64,000 bases of DNA, from assembly GCA_001600815.1 (NCBI GenBank), contig BCKZ01000008.1, positions 496,001 to 560,000 of the forward strand, read 5' to 3'. Within the stretch, counting starts at the first letter, position 1; each line of letters begins with the position of its first letter. The position numbers and the translations under genes were made by a program. Shown one piece after another: positions 13,931 to 25,800 of the stretch. The notes below the pieces were generated by a model. The model was not told the origin of the DNA and did no database searches. It was given only the letters and a program-made list of their open reading frames with translations. The stretch is from Alloascoidea hylecoeti. Lineage: Eukaryota.

Positions 13931-14120
13931 GTTCACTCGGCCGAACCGCTTATTAGATCGTATTCATTTCATTACGGTAAATCTATTAATGAAGGAACAT
14001 TCCTTCACCCGGCTGAATCACGTTTATTGGGTTACAAGACTGGGGAACAAAATTTATAAATCTATTAATTAATTATAAGGAACATTCCTTAACCCGGCCG
14101 AACCATGCTTTATTAGGATC
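13931..14120. promoter_or_regulatory. Three imperfect direct repeats in the divergent protease promoter
   Basis: TTCACTCGGCCGAACC-GCTTATTAG (13932), AAGGAACATTCCTTCACCCGGCTGAATC (13992), AAGGAACATTCCTTAACCCGGCCGAACC (14077). Confidence 0.6.
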
Positions 14121-14297
14121 ATGATAATAATGATAAGACTAAACTTAAGGAATATATCTAGGACTTCATGTGCATAGATATTCACTGTTAGGATTTCAAA
14201 TTGTAATATCATTTAAATATAAATATAGATTATCATCCAGGTTTAAGTACATTATTTCAAATTATAATTTTTTCACTCAAAAAGGGGAAGAAAAAAT

Positions 14298-15584
14298 ATG
14301 AAGAATCATTTTTCATGGATTGCTTTATTGTGGTTAATCTCAACCGTTATTTCAGATTCTGGTCCTGGTTTTCACCGATTGGAATTCTCTCGTAGAACAA
14401 CCAATGATACACCTGCAATTCTCCAAAATACTCGATTGAAAAACCAAACCTACCTTATAAATAGCATGAAAGATACTCTAATCGCTAGAGATTCAACTGG
14501 CTCAACTCCTCGAACCACTGGTGAGGTATTAATTAATGAAAGGTGTTGGTACCATCTTGAAATTGGAGTTGGAACTCCTCCCCAAAGGATGGGCCTTACA
14601 CTTGAAATTTTATCTGCTGATCTATTTCTCGTTTCACGCGATAATATTTTGGGGGGAGAGATTACAGTGGATGATGGGGATTATGATTCTAGGCGCTCTA
14701 GTACATATCGATTTGTGTCTCAATTTTTTGTAAACAATCTTTTTGGAAGTACACGAGGTGACTGGATTAAAGATGATGTGACATTCGATGGGCATACTCT
14801 TGAAGGATTCACTATGGGATTGAGCACACAAACTACCTGGCACCATGGGGTTTTAGGTCTTGCAGGCGAAGGCCCTCTGGCTGGTTTTGGAAGTAATGAA
14901 TTTTTGGGACATCGCACCTTTCCAACTGCCTTAGTGGATGCTAATATTACAGAATCCCGATCTTTCTCAATATTCTTGAATTCTACAGATGCCACTAAGG
15001 GATCAATCACTTTCGGTGGAATTGATGTAAATGCATATACCGGCCAACTAATTACACTTCCATTACTTGGGGGACCAGGTCTTTTGACTGTTGGTCTATC
15101 TACTGTTGGAACAGGTTCAATTTCAATTCCATATTTTCTGCCAGCAATTATAGAACCCACATCACCTTTTACTACCCTACCACCTCATATCGTTGAACCA
15201 CTTAAATTAGCTCTTGGTATTAATCATATTAATGTTATGGAGTGTATCCCACCAACTGATAAGAGAACAATTGATTTCAACTTTGGGTGTCTAACTATTA
15301 AGGTTAGGCTCTATGATATGGTAATAAAACCTCCCATTGATGCCGAGGTAATATTTGGCAACACATGTGTTTTTGGCATCGTTTCGAACATCATCACTGA
15401 TGGGCTCTCTCTTTTAGGGGATACATTTCTAAAGGCAGCTTATGTTGTATATGATTTGGATAATGGTCAGATTTCAATTGCACAGGCCAATCAGTCGGCC
15501 TTGGATACTGAATCTCGGATGTTAAAAATTCCTAAGGGGTGTGATCTCTTACCTGGTGCGAAAAGATGTCTTTACTATGAGTGA
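14298..15584 (+). CDS. Secreted A1 aspartic protease homolog, predicted catalytically inactive
   Basis: Intact 428-aa paralog (VGTPPQ, ITFGGID, LLGDTFLKAAYVVYD); DTGS site reads EILS and DSGT site reads EPTS. Confidence 0.92.
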   Translation: MKNHFSWIALLWLISTVISDSGPGFHRLEFSRRTTNDTPAILQNTRLKNQTYLINSMKDTLIARDSTGSTPRTTGEVLINERCWYHLEIGVGTPPQRMGLTLEILSADLFLVSRDNILGGEITVDDGDYDSRRSSTYRFVSQFFVNNLFGSTRGDWIKDDVTFDGHTLEGFTMGLSTQTTWHHGVLGLAGEGPLAGFGSNEFLGHRTFPTALVDANITESRSFSIFLNSTDATKGSITFGGIDVNAYTGQLITLPLLGGPGLLTVGLSTVGTGSISIPYFLPAIIEPTSPFTTLPPHIVEPLKLALGINHINVMECIPPTDKRTIDFNFGCLTIKVRLYDMVIKPPIDAEVIFGNTCVFGIVSNIITDGLSLLGDTFLKAAYVVYDLDNGQISIAQANQSALDTESRMLKIPKGCDLLPGAKRCLYYE

Positions 15585-17014
15585 TGCTTAAGCGCTTTTT
15601 TTCGCTTGTTGAAATGCTGTTTTTGTTTTCTTTTCGCAACTAGTAATTGAGCGATTGAACAGTCCTTCCTAGTCTTTGAAATCCAACAGGATATCTATAA
15701 TTATAGAAAAAATAATAATTCTTTTTTTAATATATATTGTGATAAAATCAATTTTGGAAATATGTGCATCTGATACGCTGTAACAATTCTCTTCAATCTT
15801 TCTCAACATTTCCCACCATCTCAACAGTTCAGATACTTCCGTACCTTATTTCCAACGCTTCAGACTACTTTGAAGATTCTGTCTCACCCAATTATGGGGA
15901 AATAGCAACTGCCGGTAATGGGCTAACGGCAATGAGTGAAAGATAATCGCCTACAAATGAAAGTAGAATAAATTGGAGTCAATATAACCTCAAATTTATA
16001 GCTATATAGGCATATATCAGTATAAATAACGTTAGGATACTCATAAAGTAGCATATTGAAAAAGTGAGCGCAGGAAAAAAATATTATACAATCCCTCTAA
16101 TTACAAACCACTCCAACTCTAATATGCATTAAGTTGAACAGATAAAGGATTACTCCTGCGCTTTTTAGTTCAGCTGGTTCAGCACAAAAAGGAGGATACC
16201 CCTTTGTGGAGATGCTTCATTTAGTTTGGTAATAATCAACTCATCTTTGAATTTATTTGCATCGTAATTTAAGGTCTGTGAGAGTTATGAGCTGCTGTGG
16301 TGTTTGTAGTCCATATTCCATGATTAATACTATTTAATAGCCATTTAATTGTGATATTACATTTTAGCTGTTGTAGCTGATAAGGTTTAGATCCATATCC
16401 TGAATCATGCAAGTGATCTCTATGAGTATACTCATACATGACATTACGTGTATTAATTATAATAATAAATGCAAACAATAATCTTCAATTCTTAAATAAT
16501 CTTAGAACACCATTTTTTTTTTAATGCTCCCTAGAATACTGTGAGACGCACCTGGCTTCCTTACAAAACATCTTGCACTGTAGAACATACAACCGCGTTA
16601 CAGGCCATAATGGTATCTTTGAATGATCATAAGGGTCTAATGAGAGTATTACAAAAAAGTACGACGAAAAGCACAGGACATTCGTCTCTTACGGTGTAAG
16701 GTATGATGTCGCTAGGAACTCTACGTGCTTATATGTAATCCGTTATAATACTTCTCTAGATATAAAAATACATCTATACATTAAAGTATAAACGAAGTGT
16801 AAAGTAGATATAATAGGAACAGTAAATAATGTGATTTGTAGTGTATGTTAGATGTCAAGATTGATGGTGATCGACAAGCAAGATGGGTCATCTCTGGGCC
16901 TAATGCATGTTGCAACCTAAAATAAACAAAATCTTAATTAAAACATTCTAAAGTAAATATAGTGAAATAAAATAAAATTCAGCTTCTCCATCTTTGTATC
17001 GCTAGACACAAATT

Positions 17015-17899
17015 CAATAGTTTATATGACTACCTTTTGCTTCTATAACTAGGTTTAGTCACTTAGGCATCGATTCTATGAGTTTGTCAAAATATGAATG
17101 ATTTATACTATCCCATAGCTCTGGGGGTACTTCTGAAGGGCATCTTCGAACTGTATCTACACCTCCTTTCGTGGCGGCGATTTCTTTGTTTTCTCAGCCC
17201 AATTTTGAGCTTATGCCACGCGTTTTCAATGGGATTTAGGCCTGGAGAGTTGGCAGGCCAAACTAGCTGATTAACCTGATATTCCTCCAAAATCTCTTCG
17301 GTATTTTTAGAATTGTGAATGGGTGCATTATCCCGAATAAACGGTATAGCTACTGGGTTTAACACTTCTTCTATGTATCTCTCAGAATTAATCGCACCAA
17401 CATTAACAGTTACCCATTGGGAACGTTTTTGACCCCAAGGGTTCCCCACACCATCACGGAGACATTTTTGGTTTTAAATCTTGGTACCATATACTTTGTA
17501 TTATACCTATCACCCATATTTTGGAAGCAATACTTGGGGGCTGTTGAGCCAACTTTTGAGATGGATGATTCATCAGAAAATATTACTTTCTTCCAATCAT
17601 CAATGGTAAAATGCAAATATTTCTTAGCGAACAAGAGTTGGTCAGCTTTGTGTTTCGCTTACACTTTTTTCCATTCATAATTGTGTTTCTTTACTGTACT
17701 CCGAACGGTGATAGGCCACTTCATATCTCCCCAAAGCAGCTAACTCTTAGACATTTTTTACAGTGCCATTTGTAACGTTTCCAGACGCGTCTTGCTGTAC
17801 TTGGATCAACACCTATAATTCTTGCAGTTTGACTATAATTTCTACCTTCATCGACCAATGAACAATCTGATACTTTTCTTCATCAGTTAACCTCCTCAT
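17015..17899 (-). mobile_element. Tc1 (DD34E) transposase pseudogene
   Basis: Frameshifted pieces MRRLTDEEK, HTH GRNYSQTARIIGVDPSTARRVWKRY, WKKVIFSDES, SVMVWG, DNAPIH...WPANSPGLNPIE (34 residues between D and E), FDKLIESMP, EAKGSHI. Confidence 0.92.
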
Positions 17900-18005
17900 A
17901 TGTATTTTGATTGGTCAAAAATTATTAAAGTTTGGATTAGATATTGTAAAATAAAGTTTATAAATAGTTTTAGGCATCGGGGAAAAAACAGTTGGGCAAT
18001 TGTAT

Positions 18006-19445
18006 GTATAGCACCAACGGTTAGCATACCACTTTTTTTTTTTTAAATACGAAGCAAATATGTGTGTATGTAATAATAATTTACATATAGATTAAGTCAC
18101 GGATTACCCTGTGGCTGTGATTGGTCAGTTTTGGGGGTGTCAGCATTCTTATAGGTTCCTTTGATCCCACAGGATACCTTATAAGAAATGATCTCTTTGG
18201 TTCTCACTATGCTTTGTCCGATTTATGATCGATAGTTTGGGTCACACCCGTGTGGGCACTCGATTTCTGGATGACGGATATTGACCCAGTCATTTGTGTT
18301 CCAGTCTAGTCGATTGTTTGTTGCTCTCAAATTTCTAATTTAGAGGTGGTAGTGAGGAACTGCTTGAGTGCATTCAGTCCTTATTTGGTGTTGATAAAAT
18401 CGGTGTAATTGAAACTTGATGTTCCGCTTTCCCTTCTCTGTTGGGTATATTTGTTGCAGTTTTCGATGAAGTGAAGTAATGTTTGTTCTTGTCCACAATC
18501 GCGACGTGTCGGTGGATGGTTAAAGTACTTTTGGGCGTATGCGAAGGTATAGACGTGTCCAGTTATGCATCTTATGAGATGCTTGCTACTCTTCTTTATG
18601 ATCTCTGTGAGTGGTGTTGGGTTTTGGATTATGAGTTCGGTAGAACGATCCAGTCGTTGATTGGTCATATATTATGTTCCATTTATGAATGATAGATTCT
18701 TCTATTCTTGTTTCTATTATCTTTATCTGTGCTTGTTTTTCAGATGTTGTTTGAGTTGCCCAGTTTCTAAATGTGTTCAGATCTGCCACTGGCGGGTTAG
18801 TGTCTAGTATCTTCTTCTGAGTGCTTTTTTTAAGTTCCTTCTATTGATTGTGGTGGTAAATTAAGAATAGCTTCCATAACTACTATGGGTGTGGTACGGA
18901 TGGTACCTAATATTTTTCTGAGTGCTTGGTTCTGGATGGTTTGTAGCTTTTGAAGTTGGTTTCCATGTCAGCAACCCACCAGTTTAAACAAAATTTTACA
19001 ATTAAAAAGGAAGCCGAAATTTCAAAGAATATTCAGGATCAGGAAGCATTTGTTGTGCCCCAGATAAATAACTTTTTTTCCATGCTGTTGTTGAGTACAT
19101 CTAGATACGTATTTTGAGAAAGTCAAGCAATCTGAAAACTTTTGACAAAACCACAAACGACCACTATATGAACAATAAATTGTTCAATAAATGTGATAAA
19201 CGGCATTAAGAGTTGTTAACATATTAGATTGTAGACTCCCTGTAAGCCTACAGAAGGTTCGTTTCGAACAGAGAAGTGGTGTTATACATATATGACTACG
19301 TTAGAGACTACGAGAGGGGTTATTTGTTTCCAAAGACAGCAGTAAACAGTTGAATCATATACATATATGTATATGCTGTTCATGAGTGATGAATTTAAAA
19401 TGCACAGTGTGCTGATCGTTGGTATGCTAACCGTTGGTGCTATAC
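18006..19445. mobile_element. Non-autonomous DNA element bounded by a perfect 26-bp inverted repeat, containing a LINE fragment
   Basis: GTATAGCACCAACGGTTAGCATACCA (18006-18031) is the exact reverse complement of 19420-19445. Confidence 0.8.
18033..18982 (-). mobile_element. 5'-truncated non-LTR retrotransposon (I/Tad/Jockey-group-like ORF2 C-terminus plus 3' UTR)
   Basis: LQKLQTIQNQALRKILGTIRTTPIVVMEAILNLPP (post-RT motif); RCITGH...CGQEQTLLHFIENCNKY (degenerate zinc knuckle); hairpin-rich 3' region; A12 tract at 18033-18044. Confidence 0.85.
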
Positions 19446-19559
19446 CTACCTATACCTATCATCTCTAGGGCCTTGTTACCCTACCAATACTTACAACGGA
19501 GAAGTTTCAAGAAAAGAGGGGGATATCAAAAAAGTAAGATGACGGGTAGCAATGCAATA

Positions 19560-19900
19560 CTATCAATTCAAGCTTTTAAGGATAATGTTCTTCAAAGGGA
19601 TAGTTTAGCAATCTCTATGCCGAAACACCAGGAGGAAAATCAAACGGAACAACTATGTGGGCCTACGAGTTTTCCACACCTAAAACCCTTTGGCACAAGC
19701 TCAAAATTGAAATAGTAAAGCAAAAGCACCACCTAAAATTAGATTGAATGCTGGTATCAAGAAGGCCTTGAATCATTTTCTGGAAGTATCACCAGAGTCA
19801 TGGGAAAGTCTAGATCAATCGTTGTTTGACAAGCTCATCGCATCCATACCAAAGGGATTAAATATGATTGTGGAAGAAAAAAGAGGGCATATAAACTACG
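19560..19900 (+). mobile_element. Tc1 transposase C-terminal relic, same family as 17015-17899
   Basis: LWHKLKIEIVKQK...SWESLDQSLFDKLIASIPKGLNMIVEEKRGHINY parallels the C-terminus of the 17-kb copy. Confidence 0.75.
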
Positions 19901-19959
19901 AAATGTGCCTCCAGTGACATTTAGACAAGCCAGGAAATGCTATTTATATTTTATTTATT

Positions 19960-21240
19960 AATATTTGCCTGGGAATTGGTATTTTAATGAAGATTTTATG
20001 TGTATATACTTCAGACAGATTGCAAGCGATGCCGGATTGACCGGTTCAACTTTCGTAGATAGAATTAGCTTAGCTATGGACGATCCGCATCAACAGATAG
20101 TGAGGTCCATTTTGTTATGCAAAAGAGATGGTGGTGTTGTTTCGTGGACTGGTTGATTAACCGACGCTATTCACCAGCCTTTACCCACCACCAAAAAACC
20201 ACCAAAAAACTCTATTACTACCTTTCACGCGCGTTATAATTGGGTGGCTACCTTTCTTAAGAGGAATCTGATGATTTCTATCAAAACAAACGGGGGACTA
20301 GACATATCGGTCTCTTGGTAGTAATAAATAGGATCTGAACTCTACACCTCACTTTGAGTGCATAAGCGCCGTAAGAACCTTCTTATCACCACTCTTAATC
20401 GTGAAGGGAAAAAAAGTTAAGAAAAAAAGGGTTTAATGGAAGATGTTATAAAGAAGTATATTTTGTAATAAAGTTAGCATTAATTCAAGTTCTGTTTAGA
20501 GTGATTCAAGAAAATCTTATTCAAACACCAGTCGCGGGAGACACCATCAGGTCATCAAAGATAGCCATTCTTCACTTATCTCGTGTTTTGTGATTGAAGC
20601 CTGCAATTTTAATGGATATTTACTGTTTATACACATTTGATTGATCCTGATATTGGACGTTACCTGTTTTGGTCCTTTGAAGTTAACGTTCCACGGGTTC
20701 AACATAAAGATCCTCTACACACCAAAATCAAGTCACCTACCGAAAAAAAGAGTTTTATACAGGCGATGATCTATACAATGAGCAAATGATTAACTCACTC
20801 GATGATCATTTAAGGGTCCAGGAAGACTGGTGTTGGCGGTTTAATCCGAGTATTGTGGTGAAGTCTGTTTTCATGGATACACCACCACCAGAAGATAATT
20901 TGTTTAAAATCAACGAAGAATATGAAAGAAGATTATCAAATGAGGATGTAACCATAGAGTTTTATTGGAAATTAGACAGTTTGAAGGGTGAAAAGGCTAT
21001 AAATAGGACATAGGCAGAGACATATGCTAGATGGAGAATTATAGAGAAACAACAAAAAATCAGTTCAATTTCCAGAGGTAATCACCCGGAGCTCTTTAAA
21101 AATAAGGTGAAACAATTAAGAAAGGGTAGGAGAGGCAAGGCCAAGTCTCTAAGAGAAAATACAGTGGCTAGTGATGTACAAGTAAGGAGTACACTTCTCG
21201 AGGTGAAAATGAACACCATTAACCCCCCTCGCTTTACAGT
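19960..21240 (+). mobile_element. Decayed pogo/Fot1-like transposase
   Basis: YNWVATFLKR (~20235), VIKDSHSS (~20555; cf. LDGHGSH) and LDVTCFGPLK (~20653; cf. PLDVGCFGPLK); outer boundaries approximate. Confidence 0.65.
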
Positions 21241-21609
21241 ACTTATGATATAAGCTAATACATTCGAACTAGGAGCTTCGTTAAGCTTTGAATTTTAATG
21301 TTGTTATATAGCATCGAAGATCAGCAAGCTTACAATTATGCCACAGTTTCTCTACCATTTGCAATTCAACCAATTTCAAGGAAAAGTCATTTTTCAAAAC
21401 TGATTATTTATGACTATAGTAGGTGACGAAAATTATAAACAGTTATCCCGAACACTATTAATTTTAAAGTTGCAGCTGGTTTACTTAGACTGTCCGGACT
21501 TCCTGAGTGCTAAAGTATGAACAGACTATTCATAATAAGATTCTCGATGAATAATCATAAAAGGAGTATTGTTTATTATTAAAATCAAAATCAAAACGCA
21601 ACAATTTGA

Positions 21610-22875
21610 TTAAAACACAGGAGGACACAATTGCGCACCAGGAACGCCATTCTCTTCTTTAGGAATTATTTTGATCTGGGAATCAATAGCCAAGGCAGAT
21701 TGATTAGCCTGAGCAAGTGAAATCTGCGCATTATCCAAATCATAAACAACATAAGCAGCTCTTAAAAATGAATCCCCCAAAATATTAATACCTGCATTTT
21801 TAACGTTTGAAGCGAGTCCAAAAATGCATTTATTAGGACTTCCAAGTATCTTCGATTGATCAAGAGGAAAACGAGTTTGAAAATCAGAAAGCTTAACCTT
21901 AATAGTTGCACATCCAAATTTGAAATCAATTGTTCTAGTGTCTGTTTCTGGAATACACTCAATAATATTAATGATAAATGGAATACCACCGATAGCCAAT
22001 ACAATTGGATCAACAATATAATCAGGTAGGTAAGTAATAGTGGTTCCACTATCTAAAACAGCCGGTTGTAAAAGCGGAAATTCCACTCCGTTCAGAGAAA
22101 CACTATTAAGAAATACACTCAATATTCCAATTCCCTCACCATATACTGGATGTGTGGTTAAATTACCAATATACGCGTTGCTATCAACACCTCCAAAAAT
22201 CAACGTTCCTTCGGTTGCTTTAGTGGAATTCAAGTAAAGAGAATAAGCACGGGATTCTGCGAGACCAGCATCAACCAAAGCAGTTGGATAATTATGGTAC
22301 GTTCCAATTTCTAAACTTCCGATACCCGCTATACAACTTTCTGGTGCCAGACCAATAACACCATGCCCTACTGTACTGAGTAGACCTAACCCAATAGTTA
22401 GATGATTCAGAGTTAGTCCGCCAATTTTTACATCTTCTTTAATCCAATGACCAAGTGCTCCTGAGCTATCGGCATAGAGGGCGGAAAAGAAAGGAGAAAC
22501 AAACTGATATGAACTAGACTTGAATTGATCGTAAAGCCCAGACGCAGTGCAGTTTTTGGGTGAACAGAAAAAAGCGCCTTCGGTTGCAATTACCCAGAAA
22601 TCAGCAGATCCAGTGTCAATATCAAGAATAAGCTTCTGAGGTGGTGTTCCAACTTCAACTTCAAGACCATACCAATTAACTTCATTTTGAACTCTACCTA
22701 TTACAGCATTAGCATCTCCGACAGCATCAGAGGTGGTAACATTTGTAGATGTATTTCTTTGTCTTGTTCCACGAGTGAAACTCACTTGGTGAGCACCAGG
22801 AACAACATCTGCAACGACCATTGAAAGCAAACCCAATGAAGCTACCAAGGTAATTAATCGATTCTTCATATGCAT
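21610..22875 (-). CDS. Secreted A1 aspartic protease
   Basis: Signal peptide; VGTPPQ, DTGSADFWV, flap Tyr (YADSS), DSGTT, ILGDSFLRAAYVVYD; no GPI tail. Confidence 0.96.
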   Translation of the reverse strand: MHMKNRLITLVASLGLLSMVVADVVPGAHQVSFTRGTRQRNTSTNVTTSDAVGDANAVIGRVQNEVNWYGLEVEVGTPPQKLILDIDTGSADFWVIATEGAFFCSPKNCTASGLYDQFKSSSYQFVSPFFSALYADSSGALGHWIKEDVKIGGLTLNHLTIGLGLLSTVGHGVIGLAPESCIAGIGSLEIGTYHNYPTALVDAGLAESRAYSLYLNSTKATEGTLIFGGVDSNAYIGNLTTHPVYGEGIGILSVFLNSVSLNGVEFPLLQPAVLDSGTTITYLPDYIVDPIVLAIGGIPFIINIIECIPETDTRTIDFKFGCATIKVKLSDFQTRFPLDQSKILGSPNKCIFGLASNVKNAGINILGDSFLRAAYVVYDLDNAQISLAQANQSALAIDSQIKIIPKEENGVPGAQLCPPVF

Positions 22876-25800
22876 TTTTGATACAAATATTTCCTATTTA
22901 AAATTATTTAAAATTGATCTATAGATCGCAAGAAAATTTGAAACAATGCAAACCCGGATTGTATCCTATATTTATATTCAGTTGAGTAAAGTCTGATCTG
23001 TATTTATTCATATTCATTAAAATTCCGTACGTATAGGTTTCTCCGAAGACTGATGCACAGATGTCATCCTCAATAAAGTTTAAACAAGATGTCTGCCACA
23101 TTCCTCATTTGATGGCACATATTTATAATATAGTCTTGTATGTCTAGTATTGGCTACTCATGAACGAGCTCGATCGTGAGGTTTTTGGTTAACTTTAGTT
23201 ATGCTTTATTATTGTTGTGTATAAACACAATTTAACTATTATCTTTGGAAAACGTGGTTAAAGTTAGTTATGGAGCACTCTATATGTATTGCCGTCATAA
23301 ATCTTTTTGGGATTTGAACTGAGATCAGTTATAATTAAATGAAAATATTCTTTTTTTATGTTTATCAAACTATTAATGGATTTAAGTTAGGGAAAGTTTT
23401 GAGATTTTAAAAGTAGGAATTTTATCTATTTAAATGTTATTAGTTATGAACTTATTTTTTTATGGGCTATGAAAATCTCAGCTTCTCATGCAAGTGAAAT
23501 GTGGGCCCCTTAGTTCATGGCCATATGCCCCATCCTAACAATATAGTTATGTCAGTAGATATAATTAGTTTCGTAACAACTGCGCACATATGTTTCATAT
23601 AAGTTATAGTTAAGTATTGATTTATTTTTATTGAAAAACATCTTCTAAATTCCTTCGGGAATTTCCCTAGATCGTAATTCGTAAATCGTAAATCGTGCCT
23701 AACCTAGCAGCATCATATTATTATATTTTTACTACATAATTAATCTTCATTATTTGAATAATTAAAAGGGCAAGAAAATTGTTAAATCATTTATAGACCC
23801 AAATAGTACCATGACCACCTCTTAAATATCAATTCAATCACAGATTACACAAATTTTATCAAAGCGGGAAAATACTTTGTATGAGAGAAAAGAAAGGTCG
23901 AGGTCTTCTCTCTTTAATTGTATCATTTACAGCGCATTAGGATTAATATTCACAGCTCAACCTCCCACATTCTACCACCCTTTTTGAATAGTTCACTCAC
24001 CGCCTTCGGCGTTTGAAATACAATGTTAGAGAAGATATTTGGCTCTATACCATAGAGGCACCTTTTCGGTATCCTAAAATTCGATTTACCTTCTTTTTTT
24101 GCATCCCCGTAGTTTTAATTAACCTAAATAAGGTTAATTTTTACCGATGAATCGGCGATGATTTTCACCTCTTCTCAATTGAGTCCAAATTCATGTAGGT
24201 AATAGGTAATATACAGCATACAATATGTTAATGCAAGACACTCCATCACTTCAATTCCCTCCTCTCCAAACCCCGATGATAATACATGAATAGAAGCATT
24301 AACTTGCATTAAGATTATCTTGGGTCCGAAACCTTCATTAAAAGTGTCTATGAAGAGAATACCGTTGCACGAGACTCACAATATTTGCTAACGCTAAGTT
24401 GTCGTACACACTTTCAGAAAGCGCCAAACGTGAAAAAACCTTAAGCGGATTCATTGGTGTTCTTCCATCTGTTTCTATATTCGTAATTTCTTAGTACTTT
24501 CGTAGTAATACGAGGGATTTTGACGTTTTTGATCACTCGAAGAACACCCAAAATGAAGCATTGTCATAGAAATCTCGCGAATGGAAAACTCAGAATTTTT
24601 CTTGTGCTGCACCTTCGAGTCTTTTTATCTTTGCATTCACTTGCCCACAAGGAATCTTTCCACAGTTGATTGTATATGATTAAACTTATACTTATGAGAT
24701 TAAGTTGAGCTACATAGTTTTTGAGGAACGAACACAACCGCATAAAACTTTAGGCATGATTATAATACATATAATATTATTATTATAGACTTATGCAATG
24801 TTAATTGTTTATTTATCCTCAATTGTATTTTAAATTTGAACTTAATTAATAGCCTCATACTATTGGATATATAGTCACATAGTTATATTAAAATTGTTTT
24901 TGTTATTACATAGTTACATATACACGTTCTTTTTATAATAAAACTTTACTATGCCTCAGAATAAATCCAAGGACATCAACCAACAAGAGCCCATAAGCCA
25001 ACACATACAATAAATACATATCTCCTTTCATTTTCGTAGTACATGTAAATAATGATATACCGGTATTATATATAGTGCCTAAAATGGTAAGACTTATTTA
25101 TATTCTTATTTAATTATAAGATCTGCTCAAGTTGGTTGGATTAGCACCAATATTAATATTACAGATATAGAAGCAATCAATCATATGTTCCGAGTTACAA
25201 CAGTAATAACCGGATTTTAAAAGTGGGTTTAGGTTTACCCATAATGAACTGTAGTTGAATCAGTTGGACTATTTTATTATTACTATCAAATATGTCAATT
25301 AATTTAGCATTGCAATTACAACGAATGCACAATTAATTGATCTGAATAGGAGAAGTTACTAATTATATTACTTAGTATTGATCCTAATACTCGTGTGTCG
25401 TATATGAGAATATTTATATAATCAAAATTATCAAATTATATTATTAAAGATTTAGAGGAAGGAAGTAACACAAAAGAAAGCTCTCGGATCGATTATGTAA
25501 TTCTATCCTAATCCAGAAAAATAGATATGAGTAAGGTGTTACCCTCACTTAGCTAGTAATTGTAATTGATATTAAATTTTAAATCCTCTTTCAAAGATCA
25601 CCACCGATATCGCAAGAGCTTCTTGTAGTTTCTTTGGTATGATTACTATGACACAGTATTACAATCAGATATACCAGCAACTGTGACGCATGGTAAACGT
25701 ATAGAATGTTTTATAGATAATGTTTTCAACTTTTCGTTGCTTCTAACCATATTTATAATTAATTATTGAGATGACCTAAACTTTAAAACAATATGATATT

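Noticed and set aside
16630..16740. Hammerhead-like CTAATGAG...CGAAA with AAGCAC/GTGCTT pairing
   Set aside because: Core reads CTAATGA rather than CTGATGA, stem II is weak and stem I does not form
24001..24011. CGCCTTCGGCG stem-loop
   Set aside because: Isolated short hairpin with no larger structure
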